A DNA stretch of 64,000 nt from Balanoglossus misakiensis (Eukaryota > Animalia > Hemichordata), in contig CM082579.2 in assembly GCA_040954595.2 (NCBI GenBank), positions 10,467,625 to 10,531,624 on the forward strand, in the 5' to 3' direction. This document shows, piece after piece, positions 1-14,406 of the stretch. Numbering within the stretch: position 1 is the stretch's first letter; every line of letters begins with the position of its first letter. The position numbers and the translations under genes were made by a program. The notes beneath the pieces are model-generated. The model worked only from the letters and a program-made list of their open reading frames with translations. It did not search any database and was not told the DNA's origin.

Positions 1-1023
1 AGCTTGTCAAAAGCGGTCATCTCGGTATTACCACCCCCGATGCTATCATCAACACCATGTGGTACAACAACACAAAACTGTTTGCACAAAACCTCAGTAC
101 AATAACTGCTAATAAAATGTAATGCCCAATGCTTTAACAATGACTGATAAAATCTCCCCACTAGCTGTTCTAAGACACTAATAAAATATTTCCAATTTCC
201 CACCCAAAGCTTAGTGTCAAAAAAATGTTGCCTCTCCCCATAAACAGGTAACAGCATGCCTTGCTCATCCCTAACTCAACAAAATAAATGATAATGAATG
301 TAAAATGTTATGCTAACCCCAAGCTCTTTTCTATGACAGAAAATAACATGTCATTCCCACTCCTATTTCAGTACAATGACGATGATAAAATGTCCTGCCA
401 TTATGTAGCTCTGTTCAATGACTGTACACATGGATACCCCCTAGTGAATGCTAATAAAATGTTAAATTCACCGCTAGCTCTGATAGACTAAATGCGACAT
501 TAACACCAGAGGACGTGTACTGATCTGAGTGAACAGATCCCGTGAGGAGTACGGTGCCCAGAGTACAAGCGTCCCAAAATGAGAATGTCGCAAGTTGACT
601 TTCGGTGCGGCCTGCGGGGATTCTTCGACGCAATACCAAAATAGAGTCTACCAACACTGCAAGTGACAATCATCATCTCCAAACGGAGAGGTCTTTACTG
701 ATGACAGTCTGACGAATAAACCCTAAGACTGTAAAAGCGTCCGAACTCCAACACAAACTATGTCCCTCCTGAGGTCAGCACGAGGTGCCGTCATCTCATA
801 TATCTAATTATGCAAAGAAGTTACGCCTACCAGCCTCGTTCGCGAACGTAGGCCTACAGCTCGCAAAGTCTGCGGGCACAAAGAGTGTGTGTCATTTTAT
901 TAAGGAGTTAATTTGTTCAAAATGGTCACATGGTTTATTTGTGTACAGATTGCACTAGTACAACATTTTGTGAGAAAATAGCGAGACACGGACACTTTCT
1001 CACAATGTTCCTCGCAATACTAA

Positions 1024-1620
1024 GGGACCGTTCAGTTTTTACGGCTGGAGGGGGGGGGGGCGGCAAGTTTGTGTCATCGGTTGTCAAAATCAGGCCGACC
1101 CCCTTCACCCAGCACCAAAAAATGATGACCTCCCCCCCTTTGACAGACCCAAAAATATGATGACCCCCCCCCCACGCCGAAAACATTGGCCGTCCTGATC
1201 CTATGTACACTGTATCCAATAAAGGGAATGAGGCTCCTCACACCTCAATTATAAATTTCTTAAAAGTAATTGAAGTATATAATAGTATATCGTTGCAATA
1301 AAGAAATCTATGATTACCAATTCTAGCAACTATTGTATTGACAGGTCCTTTTCTACAGGTAAAACAAGAAAAGTGGCGGGGGTGGGCTTGGGAGGGGGTG
1401 TCCCCCTCCCACATGAGAAAATTCTGTAAAATAAAGGGCGCGAAACTGCAATTTTGTGGACTCAAAAGTAAAAGTTCGGTGGCAAAAGTATGTGACCCCC
1501 TCCCCTAAACGTTTAAAAAAAAACAGATGACCCCCCCCCCCCTTTGGACTTTGAAATTTAAGTGACCCCCCCCCCCCTGGATTTTGCCCCCCCCCCCGGC
1601 CGTAAAAACTGAACGGTCCC
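1024..1620. mobile_element. PIF/Harbinger-type MITE, copy 1
   Basis: TIR gggaccgttcagtttttacggc ... gccgtaaaaactgaacggtccc, flanked by a TAA direct repeat on both sides; homologous to 14407-15233 in opposite orientation. Confidence 0.85.
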
Positions 1621-1628
1621 TAAGGTCA

Positions 1629-1728
1629 GCGAGAATTAAGTTTTCTCGGTCTGCCTATGCGAGAATTAACTTTTCTCGGTCTGCCTATGCGAGAAATAAC
1701 TTTTCTCGTTCTGCATATGCGAGAAATT
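1629..1728. repeat. 30-bp tandem repeat, about 3.3 copies
   Basis: Unit gcgagaattaa(g/c)ttttctcggtctgcctat repeated in tandem. Confidence 0.8.
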
Positions 1729-4489
1729 TTATTCCCACAGTCAACACCAGAAAGAAATCTGCAAGATATCCACAGCTTGAAGATCCGCCGCTGGCTGCGC
1801 TGTGGTGAAGGAGTTGTTCGCGAACGAGGCTGTTGGGCTGTGCATGCATTTATATGTTATAAATGGCCGTACTGAGTTGATCGAAGGGGGAACGCAGTTT
1901 CTGTACGAATTCGGGCGCTACTCTTGGGGTTTATTCCGCAGACAACCTGCTGTAAAAACCTCTCAGTCCGGAATATGACGAATGAGTAGGCAGTTTTAGT
2001 ATGACAATAAGCTGTCGGTTAGACTCAATTTGGTACTGTGTGGAAAATTCCCCTCATTCACGCACCAACTACAAAGCTGTGGCATTTCTCTTTAAGGACG
2101 CTTGTACTCTGGGCACCGTACTCCTCACGGGATCTGTTCACTCAGATCAGTACACGTCCTCTAGTGTTAATGTCGCATTTAGTCTATCAGAGCTAATGGT
2201 GAATTTGACATTTTATTAACAGTCATTGAACAGACCTGGGGAGGGGATGACATTTCATTAGTAGCAGTCAATGCTGAGCTGGGGGTATGGTTACATTTTA
2301 TTAGGGGTGGACCATATGATATCAAGGGGGTGTCATTGGATAGTGGGGAAAATATCGAATAAAAGGTATTCAGTCGCCTCCAATTTACATACGCCCATAT
2401 TTGGCTGAAATGGGGTATTCGAGCGTTCTAAAGAACATATGGTGGCGCTTTTTTTCGCGTGTGCCACCCACTGAAAATCTGTGATTGGCTAGATCTCAAG
2501 GCTTACACTAGTTTGCGGAACGGAACGGTATAGCCACACGAAATAAAAAATAGTTTCTCCAAATCCAAAAAATTGTCCACGTTTTGCTTTTATCACCACA
2601 CGGATTTTGAACGGAATGAAAAAGAATTTCGGATCGAAAGCAGAACTTCAGTATGCATATTATTTTTTGAAGTTTTTACTGTTTTTCCAAGATAAAACTC
2701 GTGTATTCTACTACAGAAAATAAGGCTGATTCCAATTTGAAACCACGTCTGAGTCCAAATCTTACCTCGCATATTGATAGAGGACGCTCTAGGTACCATG
2801 ACGTACAGTCAATGTGTCAAATATTCGAATGACATGGCGCCTTAATTGCCGTTTCCTCTGGCGGGAAGGTGAAACTTTGGCGGTAGTAACTTCTCACCTC
2901 TTGCATATCAAAAAAGACTTGCATCAAAATTCAGACAACTTTTGTTCACACCTTTCAGAATGCTTAAAAGAATGCCATTCTCTTATTATCATTCACAAAA
3001 GAAAGTCGGAAGGGGACTGACATAAAGTCTGAAACATTTAGCTTTCACTTTGTCTTCTAGAATTAATTTTAATCATACATAGCACATTCCATACCCTCAG
3101 GGCATGTATTATTCACAATTAGCTTAGCAAAACAGTCAGATCTTATAATTACCTACAGTTTCACTGTTAGCTCCACTATACACTAACTGTGGTTTGCAAA
3201 CAGGATGGGGAAACAAGATTAAGAGTTGTGATCGTAATAGCAATCAATAAAAGTCAGTAGTGTCTTCTAATTCAAACAACTTTTCATGGCAATTGTGTCT
3301 TAAAAGTGTGAAGCAAAATGTCTGATCATGTTGAAATTAATACTGATGATACTGTGACTTTTGAACATTTAATCTCTGGAATAAAAATGGGGGGGGGGGG
3401 TCAATCAACTGGATTTGGAGGGAAGCGCCCTCTATGGTAGCACCTTTTTAAGGTTTTGCCCGTGTTCGTAGATCTTTGTAAAACGGCTTCATAAACAAGT
3501 ATTTTGGGAGGGTCGTCATATTTTTTTATTTCACCATTATAGAATCTAAACTAAATGAATGTTCTATTTTTAGCAATTTTGAGATTTTATCTTGTAAATG
3601 TTCAATATGATTGATAATCGCATATCAATACATCTGTTATAACACATAATTGCCTAAAAATCCAAATTTATATGATTTTTTTTACCACTTCTAGACTTAA
3701 AACCTTGTTTAAAACTTGGTAGATACCTCACTTGAAATAGATCAAATCAATTTAAGGAAAAAATTAGGGGTCACTGCAAAAAATTTTGCGACACAGGAAG
3801 TTAAACATGGCTTTCGGCATCTTCGACAGCCCAGGATTGTCTGCAAAAGAGTTTGGTTGCTATAGCAACTATTAGTATTGCAAACACACGAAATGTTCAG
3901 TTCCAAATTTAACAAATACATCGTGTGTACAAAAATAACATCACAGCACTACACTACAACTTTGTTTGGAACACACTGGAAATAAAATTTAACTTTTTAA
4001 ACTCTGCGCTGAACCCCCGTGTAAACATGTAAAATTTCAGATTTTTTCATTTTGAAGCCCACTCCTAATTTTTTTATTGCTACCATACACAATCCCCCCC
4101 AACCACCACCACCACCAACCCACCCCCAATATACGGTAACTATGCATTCAGCTGCAATTTCAACAAATAGTCATAACTTAGGGTCAAATCACGTGATACT
4201 TATTCTAAATTTATCAGATCTATATTGAGATAATTGCCTTCAATAGTATGACCATCAGAAATAAGAGAAAATCAGTTGACAGCTACTTGGGTTCTGTTTT
4301 GTTGTCATGGATAACAAGTAGAGAAAGTCAAATTGTGTTTAGATTTGGAAAACATCATTGTCATCACATGTTTTTGGATACATTTAAGGTAAGGATTGTG
4401 ACCCTTTATGATGTAAATTTTGGTGGACCAGAACTGTCCTCTGCATCATGTGGCTAGAAGATTGATCCAATTTGGTGAAAAGCTGATCA

Positions 4490-7400
4490 TCACTCTGGCT
4501 CAAAGAATCCATGTGCACTCCAGTGAACACGTACAGGGACCTCAGCTCGACCAATCTCTTCAAAGGACTGGCCATCAAGGACCAGCAGAAATGATGGTTT
4601 GTCCCCAACATTCATCACAGCAGACAACACCACTCCTGTTTTAGAAAGCAAAATATCCATGCAGTCATCTCTAGGGAAAATACAACAAATAAATTTGTGG
4701 ACAATTTTGACATCTCTGCATATTGACCTTGTTTTTTTTTTGTAAAATGTAATCTATTGAATACTGGAATGTCTTTGTTTGTAAATATTGAAGTTCCACC
4801 ACAATCATACTTTGATGTTGCCTAGAAAACTGCTCTGTAAAGGGAATTGTGGGAAAAGGGATGATTCGCCCAAAATACATGTCATTATTTGCAATAAGAA
4901 TTCTTGGTGTGGTCGTGGTAATATTATATGAATACATGTATATATCATATATGAACATTGGTATTATATGAATACATGTATATATCATATATGAACATTG
5001 ATATGAGATATTTCTCTGAAATTTTGGTCACTTAACCGTTGTAGCCAATAGTTGAATTAGCATAGACAGTAGAAGAGTGTCTATGGTTGAATACAGTCTG
5101 TACAAAATAGTTCTCATAACAACAGTATCTTTTGTGACCATGAAATACGTGCTTGTCACTTGTGATAATTAATATTCCCACCTTCATCCTCAGTCTTTGC
5201 ATTTGGTGCCGGCACAAAGATTGGTTCAGCCGGAAAGCAGTCTTCTTCTTCCCAGTCCTTGTAGCTTTTATCTTTTAAGTCTCCCTTCACGAGCTTCAAT
5301 GAAACATATATGCATGTATAACCTGTCTAAACCGAATACCAAAGGGACTGGGGATATTGTTCAGTTTGCAGAGGTGTCTGGTTTGTAGAGGTTATTTTAA
5401 CATGTCAAACGGACGGGAAAATATGTTTGGTATGTACAGGTTCCAGTATAGACCCGGTTTGGTTTGGACAGGTTTATATACATGTGATTGTGATTACATG
5501 TATTGTTGTGAACTTCACTGATCATACATTGTTAAAATCAAAGTGTGCACAGCCAGTTACTGTACTGGAGTTAGTACATCTGGAACTGATATATGAACAT
5601 TAAATAGATATATTTCAGTTACCTTCTTAAACTCATCTCCAAAACAATACAGATATCTGTATTCTTTCCCATTATATTTTCTGTAGTTTATTGTTGGAAA
5701 TTCTAATGCTGGAAGAAGAAGAAAATGAGAGAATGTCCAGTCAAACATCAAAGGAAAGACAATTCAAAGTCAGGTTTGAGTGCCAGAAAGGATTTTTCAA
5801 ATTTCAAAGTATATTTAGAGAATAATGTATGCCTTGAAGAAATGGAAGAAAGCACACATTGTGTGTCATAATGTACGAGGCAAATGCTGAGTACATTATG
5901 GAGTACACAAGTAACCACGAGTTCAGGCAATAATATGTAAAACTGTGTACTCTATACTACTTTATACAATACAATTGATCTATTTGCACTCACTGTATCC
6001 AACATCAAAGATGCTTTCGTACGTACAGTAGATGGAGCCATCACTCTCTCTGACAGCAGATGCTGTTATGTTCTCCAAAGTTACAAGGTTTTCTCCTGAC
6101 TTAGCACTCTGAGAGAAAAAAGAAGTTAATAACAAGATAATCATTGTGATATACTTACACTGTATTATTAGCATGATTTTGTCAGCTTGGAAGAATAATC
6201 AGTAATGAATGATGAAATGTATGAGGACTGTATTCTAATGGGATAGGAGTAATATGTTGATGAACACTGTTTGAAATTATCAAACTGCATGCACTCTGAA
6301 AATAAAGAAGAAGAGAAGGTGTTGCTATATTTATCCAATCCTGTTTAGCCATCTATCCTTATGAGTGTAATGAGTTTGAAAAAAAACAACAACGGTGGAC
6401 TACTATAAATCAAATAAAACATTTGCTGTAACAGTGGTTTCACAAATTGCTGACTTCCCCAATTCCTCTATTTCCAACCTCATAGACTGGTAATTTTACC
6501 CAGAATAGATATATGCGTACCACAGCTATATGGTGACATACTAAAATGCAATTTAGTGATAACCTTACCTCTCCAACGTCTAATGGTAGAACAAATCTCC
6601 AGGGCTCGCCTAAGGGTGCTGGATTGCCTTCCTGGGCCGATTTCATAAACAACTGATCTATTAAATCAGCATTATGGAAACCAAACAAATCCACAACCAA
6701 ATGGCCCTCTTTCTCGTACGCATTGGCATGATGGAAGAGAAATATGGCGTCAGTGGTGTACTTGGTCTCCAGTTCCTCTCCAGTGTCCCGGCGTACCACA
6801 TGGAAATGAGTTCTCCATTCCGGATGCCACTCCAGACAGTCGCGGACCGGTCGTTGAAGTGGTTTGTACAAGAGAGCTTTCCATATGTTGACAATCAGTG
6901 GTTGTTCGATGTAGACATAATAATTGTCTGAGATTCCAAAACTGTGATAATATGCCGGATGCTTGTAACTCATTGGCACTGTGCAAGCAATGGTGGCTTT
7001 CTGTAGTGGATTTTGCACTCCTGAAAGAGGACAATTGGTTTATGATCAAATTATTTCAACACCAGATTCCACTTCACAAAGGGCAAACTATTAAAGGGAC
7101 AAAGTCTCTCTCTCCCTGCCATTTTTCCCTTAATTATGTTTGATACAAGACGCCATTTATGTTAATGTACATGTGATATGTAGTGATTCATACCAATTTT
7201 CAAATCAATCTGACCAGTGGTTGTCGAGGTTGTGAGTTTTGACAAATTTCATATTTTCCCAGCAAATTTGCATATTTTTGGCAATGACCACTTCATTTGA
7301 ACAAACTCCCATCTGCAGTCCCGCCTGCATATACACACCAAATATTGATGTGATACGCACAGCAGTTTTCAAGTTTTTGAGTTGACGGACATGCAGATAT

Positions 7401-10400
7401 ATACATACATCCATGCATACACCAAATAGTGCAGGAGCTAAACCCCAAATTTGTGTATAATTGTGCACTTACAAGTTTCACGCTTTTAACCCAACGTGCA
7501 CTATTTCAAAGTATGAATGTCTGTTTCTGGCCACTAGAGGGCGCTGTCATTTTAGCTCCACATTGGAAAATGTCCCCCGTGGGGCAAAGCATGACTGTAC
7601 CAAGTTTCATGCTTTTGACCTGAAGTGCACGATTTTTTGGTTAACTGGTAACTGCCCCACTAAAATGTGACCTAAAAATGTTATTATTTGGTAGACCAAA
7701 GAAATCCTGTCTTATACATTGCCGATTTTGAGCAAACAAACTGAATACAATGAAATTGGCCTGATTCGTTATCTTCACTCTGTCTAGACAGACGCCAGAC
7801 ACAATAGTAATTTATTGTTTGTACATGTACAAAGTTTAGATCACCTTTATCTGCAGGTGGTATTTTCACAATGTGATAGGTGGTGTAGAGGCCATACTTC
7901 ACCGCAATGTTGTACACAGTGCCATCATTGTCTACATGTGGATGGGCTGATGCTCCGTGGACTGACACAACTGAAGAGTAATCCACCTGAAGATTGTGGG
8001 AAAAAAACAATTTGGAAAATAAAGACAAGTACTAATAAATGTTCCTACATATCAATTTTCATGCTTGTATCCCAATTTGATACATTTTGCAAAAATATCA
8101 CTCTAATCTGCCCCACTAGTATGATCGGCAAGAAATTGTTTAATATTTTGTTTTTGTTTTCCGGTGACAATGCAGAATGGAAATGCTGTGCTATACCTAT
8201 AAAGATTCACATAAAGTTATCACAATGGACTACCTTTTCTCCCATTGTTTCCAATGTCTTCGGATCGACTTTTCGAATATAATGGGTTTCTGATATTCCA
8301 CAGAAATCTTCTCCCATCTTCACGATGTTAACAGCTCCATTGTCAGTGACTTCTCCGATTTTGAAGTAAGAGAAAAACCTCTGGAAAATGTTCTTGCATG
8401 GGTCTGGATAGGCAAACGTCCCAAATGCAGAACGGACAACACGATTAGCACCTGTAGCTTCTTTGAAATCGTCACTTCTTAAAAATCTGCTTTGGTAAGT
8501 AACCACGCCCTTTTGGATATTGAACCGGTGGATGTTAGAAAGCCCATCGAAGAAATGGTTGTAGTTGTCTTGACCAACTTGATAGACACTTGGGCCATTC
8601 CTAAGTAAGCTTCCTGATATCCATGGTGGTATGGTTCCTTTTGAAGAAGAAAAAATATATATAAACCGTAATTAAAACGGCAAGCAGCGTTATAGCAAAG
8701 CAGGGCCCATGGTGATGTGCAAAGGTAAAATACACAGAAGAGACCTCTATCGACATAGACGAACGGTAATTAAAAACCAACAAGCAGGAGGTAGTGGTTT
8801 TGTGAATAGCATTACAACATATTGACGATCATTGTTGCAGAGCGGAACAACATAATGCACTGCAATCACGGGCATCCTGGGACAATTAGGCTAAAGCTGA
8901 TCGACTGTTTCGCGTCATACGAGCACTCACGCACATCACTCGTCGCTCATGTCCTACCGCCTGAGGCGCACTTTTCACTGGCGATGTGACGAGCCCAGTA
9001 AGCCAACTTTTGGACGAACATTATCAACTTTCGGACCGACATTTTAAACTCTATCGAGCCAACATTTCAACTTTTGAACATGAAAACAGTACTCTAACGG
9101 TCATAGTAATTTTTGCAGTCCGTTCCCATAGAAACAAAATTTTATGTACGTCACTATAGCAATTATATCCTAGGGGAGGGGAACTAGCTCGAGCTTGTTC
9201 ATAAGAATATATGCTGACACCGGCATGCGTGAATTCATCCAATGTTGCAAATAGGTGATGAGAGAGCTAGCTGAAATGTTGGCCCGGACTTGAAGCTCAA
9301 ATGCGAGTCTGAATGCGCTGGCCTCGATTATGCGCCGTGCATGTCACGGTGGCAACTTGGTCGCGTCTCGTCCCGGGTGACACGATGACCGTGACTATTT
9401 TCTTGTTAAATTAGGTGAATTCTGACATAATTTTGACCAGAACGGGCCCCCATATTCTTCCGTCGACCGTAATCTGTGACGTAGGGCTACGTAATGGAGA
9501 GTAACACCTGATTTGACAAGACGACCGTGGCTATATGTAAGTCATAAAATTGTATTCAGAAAAAGGAGAAGGACGGCGAAAGACGGTGAAGGACAGCATC
9601 ATATCCATGAAATATAGAAAACGACTCTCACTGATAAATCTACAAAATAAAGCCGGCTACACTGATCACTCCAGATGGTATACAAGGCAATAGACACCAA
9701 TAACACCACAAATTATTAAAACTTGTAAAGGGCATTACCATTTCCCGACAAAAATCAACCGAAGGACACCAAAATCGCCACAAAATCAACCGCGAAGGAC
9801 AATGAAGTCTCCACACAATCAACCTAAATCCAATTGAAGGACACCAATGAGAAAATTGCCCGTTTTATATGTTACCTGCATGGCCCTCGCCATCGGCATC
9901 TATTATATTTTAAGATATCTATATAATTTGTTTTGTTTTGTGGAAATTTGAGCAGAATTCAACATCAACTACATTCTAGTCGTTTTTATTCACAAGCGGA
10001 GAGCTAGTGTACATCAGGTAGAAAGAGGTCTTTTCGTTCTTCTGTTTTCCCCGTGATTAGCCTAATGTATACATTAATTCACCTATGCAAACTTAGTCTT
10101 CGTTACCATGGTCGCGATTTAGCCAGTCACATTGGTCATGCGAGAAAAAAAGAACAGCGTCGCCACGTGTTCTCAACAAGAATACTTTTAACTATTTATG
10201 TGTATGTGTAATTACGGGCGAGTGAATTCCGCTGCGAAACAAATGTCAACGAACTTTTCTGTAGCCTTCGCGATCGCATCGCGTAACAACGTCATGTAGT
10301 TGCGTAACAATATGTTGGTTGGCATGTACAGTTTGTCAGGTATGTGGTTCTACACGATCGCAGAAAGTCCTTGCGGCCAATGTCTTTTGTCCGATCCGTA

Positions 10401-12806
10401 GAACCCATGAGTAACCTTGATGTTTGCTAAGTGATTGTGTTAGATGTTAGATTTGCTTGGGATTTTTCACGCACGCAAGCTTGAGTCATCTGTTGCCGTA
10501 AAGAGGTCGTGGTTTACGACGATGAGAAAAGGGGAGGTTTTGAAACCAAATCCACTCGATCTACCTGGCTGTCCGCTGGAAAGTAACCTACTGAGAAAAC
10601 ACATGGATAACCAATCATAACACCACTTGTCTGGGAAAGTAGCACGAATGTGGATTGAGCGTAGACTAGCCCACTAGTCGCTTGGTGATTTTTTAAATCT
10701 CACTACTTTTTGTGTTTTCTGTGTTTTTTTTGTCTTAATAAATAATTGCAATACTTTTTGCGTGCATGCTTGCCTTGAGCGTGGTTTTGGTAGTGAGGTG
10801 AGTTTCGAATTTTGGACTGAGCTTGTGGTTTCGGGTAGCGTCGACCAAGCCTACGCGTTCCCTACACATAATGAAACCCATAGACTTGGAGCAAGTCTAG
10901 GATTGAGCGTAAAAAGCGTAGTCATCCTCAGAAGTGAGATCGATGTAGTCTAGTGAAAGACAGCCTTCAGTTTTCTTCTTACAACAAAAAGCAGCACTCA
11001 TGTCAGGGTTTTTTAAGTTTCTGTATGTCAGGTTTATACATGAGTGAGCTTTATTATTTCGGATTTCCAGAGTGTATACTGTAGATCGTGAACGTACAGT
11101 ACGCAATTCAAACATTAGTTTAACAGTGGTCACGTGACATGCGTTTTCGTGGACTTTAAACAAATCAGCTGATTTCCGGTTGAAGTTGGTGAATTTAGAA
11201 ATCATGGCAACAGCATTGAAAACCAACCATGTCGCAGATTTTTTTATACGTGATTTTCTTTCAAGTCTTTTTGAAGTGCGCTGTTGAAGGTGGTACACGG
11301 GTGCAATTTCGGTATACGAAGTTCCAGGCCTATATGACGTCATAGGAATGGAAAGCCAGATGAAAAAATCGCAGACGCTTGCTTGATGACTGTTATCAAG
11401 GCTTGAGAACGGATGAATACGCAGAAATCATGTAGTGGTTTTGCAAAATTCCAGGGTAAAACTTATTTTTCTAAGGCATGTCTCGTGACCAATTTGTGCA
11501 TATTGTAGTTGCCCGAAATTTTCCCCAAATCAGAAATTTAAGCAGGGGTAGTAGGATGTTGATATAATAGCATTAGTATCCAACAAGTTTTAATATTTAT
11601 TTAATGTTATACTAACACTGTATCGTAATTATGGTTATGTTTTTTTACACAACAATCATATAATCTATGTACATGCCATTTATGAACTCGCCATTTTATT
11701 AATGTTATTTGGCACGAGAACAAAATCAATCGAGAGCTACCGAGACTTTGAACAACCTTGCACTTATTCTAATTTTCCGTTATCTTTTTGTGCACTATCG
11801 ATCGTCCTTCTCATTGTCATTGTGCAAACAGAAGTAAGGCGTGAGCAATTTACGCCTGCCCGTGTCCATGCACTGTATGGAACTAGATCTTCTATATCTG
11901 CACAATCAACACATTTTTCTATCACTGATAATAATAGTTCAATGTCCGAGTTTAATGTCCTTCCCGTTTGAGGTCGATGTTAAGGGGAACACAATGGACA
12001 CGTCTGAATATCAAGTTTATTAAACTGATGTATGTATGTATGTATGTATGTATGTATGTATGTATGTATGTATGTATGTATGTATGTATGTATGTATGTA
12101 TGTATGTATGTATGTATGTATGTATGTATGTATGTATGTATGTATGTATGTATGTATGTATGTATGTATGTATGTATGTATGTATGTATGTATGTATGTA
12201 TGTATGTATGTATGTATGTATGTATGTATGTATGCATCTATCTATCTACATGTATCTATCTATGTATGTATGTACATGTATGTATGTATGTATGTATCTA
12301 TGTATCATATGTATGTATGTATGTGTATGGTTGTATGTCTCCCATTCCCTCGCTCCCTCTTCCTCTACAGACCGTTATAACATCATCTGACAAAATGTCA
12401 TATCGCAAATCGGTTTTCACTGCACGCGAACCGTACGTACTACTGATCTGATCGATGATATTCCCGTATCATTTGGATGTTATGTCGCGAATCGTAGGCC
12501 GTTTATGGCCAATATCATGAATGTGCGCCTTAAGGTCATGAACTGGGCCCCCATGACGTGTCTACAGCTCGCATCGCCATGGCTGATATTTGAACGTAAT
12601 GATTTGTCTATTAACCTAATTCTACACATTCGTCAACAATTTCCGTTTTTTTTTAAATATTAATATGAGATACACAGTCGATCATGTTCCATACCTTTCA
12701 CAGTCGTTTTCAGTGGTTCTGGATGTTCCTGTGACGCAGGCAATGTCGTAAACAGTTTGGAAATTGCGTCACTGAAATCGTTCGCTTTCTTGTCCGTCTG
12801 AGCCAT
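4490..12806 (-). CDS. Carotenoid cleavage oxygenase (BCO1/BCO2/RPE65 family), paralog A, 8 exons, about 522 aa
   Basis: Exons (minus): 12695-12806, 8234-8637, 7845-7986, 6569-7020, 5994-6108, 5623-5708, 5182-5293, 4490-4635. All introns GT-AG and phases give one open frame. Motifs: [23 protein letters not shown], and Fe-ligand His in SAHPH, YYHSF, FHHAN, SAHG; also EFPTINY, EPIFVP, EDEG. Confidence 0.93.
5320..5475. mobile_element. Short MITE-like repeat (related copy at about 42262-42415)
   Basis: aacctgtctaaac ... gtttggacaggtt inverted ends; internal gtttgcagaggtgtctggttt shared with the copy in a pirin intron. Confidence 0.55.
12028..12325. repeat. (TATG)n microsatellite in intron 1 of oxygenase paralog A
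   Basis: About 200 bp of perfect tatg repeat followed by a degenerate tail; explains the MYVC/HTYI pseudo-ORFs. Confidence 0.98.
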
Positions 12807-13206
12807 TGTGGTTTTGTAGTGTACAAAAGCTCACTATGGTACGACACACATACACAACACACGTCGCTTTCAGAGCTAACACTGCTATTGAACTGCGAAC
12901 GGGTCGATTGCGGCGACTAAAGTGGAGTCGAGTACATAAAGCATACCACGTGATCCAGATATACCCAGGGCATACGGTACATACATTGACACCGAGAGAA
13001 TGCAAACGAACTGCCAGAGTGTAGCCATAAATTCCCCTAGTATAAGTACATTACTTCATACATCGTGGTAAAGCCTTCAATTCACGTTTAACCAAAGAGT
13101 ACCCTGGCTCCTAGTTAGGAAATTGTCATAAAATATTTTAAAATTAGGTGTATCGTCATGCATTTATCGCCGTCGTACGTTGTCCTCGTACTGGCGCTGT
13201 TGCTCG

Positions 13207-13246
13207 TGACCTTATTTAAGGTCACCCGTGACCTTATTTGAGGTCA
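13207..13246. promoter_or_regulatory. Cluster of four perfect nuclear-receptor half-sites (ER6-IR4-ER6) about 400 bp upstream of oxygenase A
   Basis: TGACCT-tattta-AGGTCA-cccg-TGACCT-tatttg-AGGTCA. The motifs are seen directly; function is inferred. Confidence 0.4.
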
Positions 13247-13379
13247 CCCGTCTCACGTACTAATTACCATGCCAGACGCCAAATTCAAATCTATAAACGC
13301 TTGTATTAAATACGGAATACCAAGTCACGAATGAGCGACTGTGGTACAATGCGACCTGTCTTTCATCCTGCCTAAACCT

Positions 13380-13812
13380 AGGCATAGGAACCGGGGGTGG
13401 GGGTGGGGCACGTGCCCCTCCCCCCCCCCCATGCTGAAGTTGGGGAGGCAAAGACATGCTTCCCCCCCCCCCAACTTTAGAGACTAGAAATTACTTTTGA
13501 GCCCACAGAAATGCAGTTTTGAGCTCCTTAGTTTAAATATTTTCCCACACCCACAACCTTCATTCTCCGACACCTTTCATTCATTGACTGGTTTATCTAG
13601 TGTACCAGCCCCCCCCCCCCCCGATGCTAACTTTGAGTGGCAAAGGTAATATTTGTCCTCCCCAACATTGTTGAGTTAATTTGCTTTTGAGTTCATTATT
13701 AAATGCAGCTTTGAGCTCTGTAACATTTTCTAACGAGGGAGGAGGACACCCCTCCCACATCCATCCCTTCACTTAATTCCATTGCTTTACCAATTCTACC
13801 AACTGTTGTAAT
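13380..13812. mobile_element. Non-autonomous repeat sharing internal modules with the Harbinger-type MITEs
   Basis: Shares ttgagttaatttgcttttgagttcatt, ggacacccctccca and ctggtttatctagtgt modules with 14407-15233 and 60887-61635. Confidence 0.5.
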
Positions 13813-14406
13813 GTCTTGTCATTTTTATTCATTCATATATTACTTAAATTATTTAAATTTATTATTCATACGCAAAAAATCATCGTAAGTCATTCACCAC
13901 CAGAATGTTGGTTTCATTCAAGGTTCGCTACACAACACCACATGGTGTTTCTCCTTTGCTTAACGGTTGAGGGCGCCTCAGTGACGAGTCTTGCAGCGAA
14001 CCGTTGGCTGTGAAAGTGTCTAAATGGATGAGATCGCCTTAAAAACTAAAACAATTCGATTATTATGATTAAAACTTGACTGTTTAAAAGGGTGGATGTG
14101 ATTTTTATGTGATATCAAGAATATACGGAATACTTGCATTAGGTCCCCAATGCGCAAAATAATGATATTTCACGATTCAAACATTGCAAAATATTTAACC
14201 CTCTTGATGTATGTAAAGAAAGCTAATTTGATGAGCGTGCCTGATAGCGTTTACAAGACACTCCGCCATGCGCACTAAACATTTTCGGAGTTTTCCAACA
14301 CTGTGAACTTTAGTTATCATCATATAACTCGACAAACACTAACAAGGACGAAAGACATGCGAAGAAAAAATAAAATCTGCAAGCAGCATTGAAGGGACCC
14401 AAGTAA

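Larger units (their letters stand above)
410..2235. mobile_element. Foldback-type element with long inverted arms; a Harbinger-type MITE is nested inside
   Basis: About 450-575 is a near-perfect reverse complement of about 2096-2218 (the ORF track gives near-identical peptides at 451..669- and 2001..2219+). More diverged inverted similarity extends inward (about 600-730 vs 1925-2060) and outward (ctgttcaatgactgt at about 411 vs acagtcattgaacag at about 2219). Boundaries approximate. Confidence 0.6.

Noticed and set aside
10897-11343. 148-aa ORF considered as first exon of oxygenase A
   Set aside because: No family motif and it ends in a stop. The true exon 1 (MAQTDKK...[13 protein letters not shown]) is at 12695-12806 and matches paralog B exon 1.
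11968-12451. MYVC/HTYI repeat ORFs
   Set aside because: Artefacts of the (TATG)n microsatellite.
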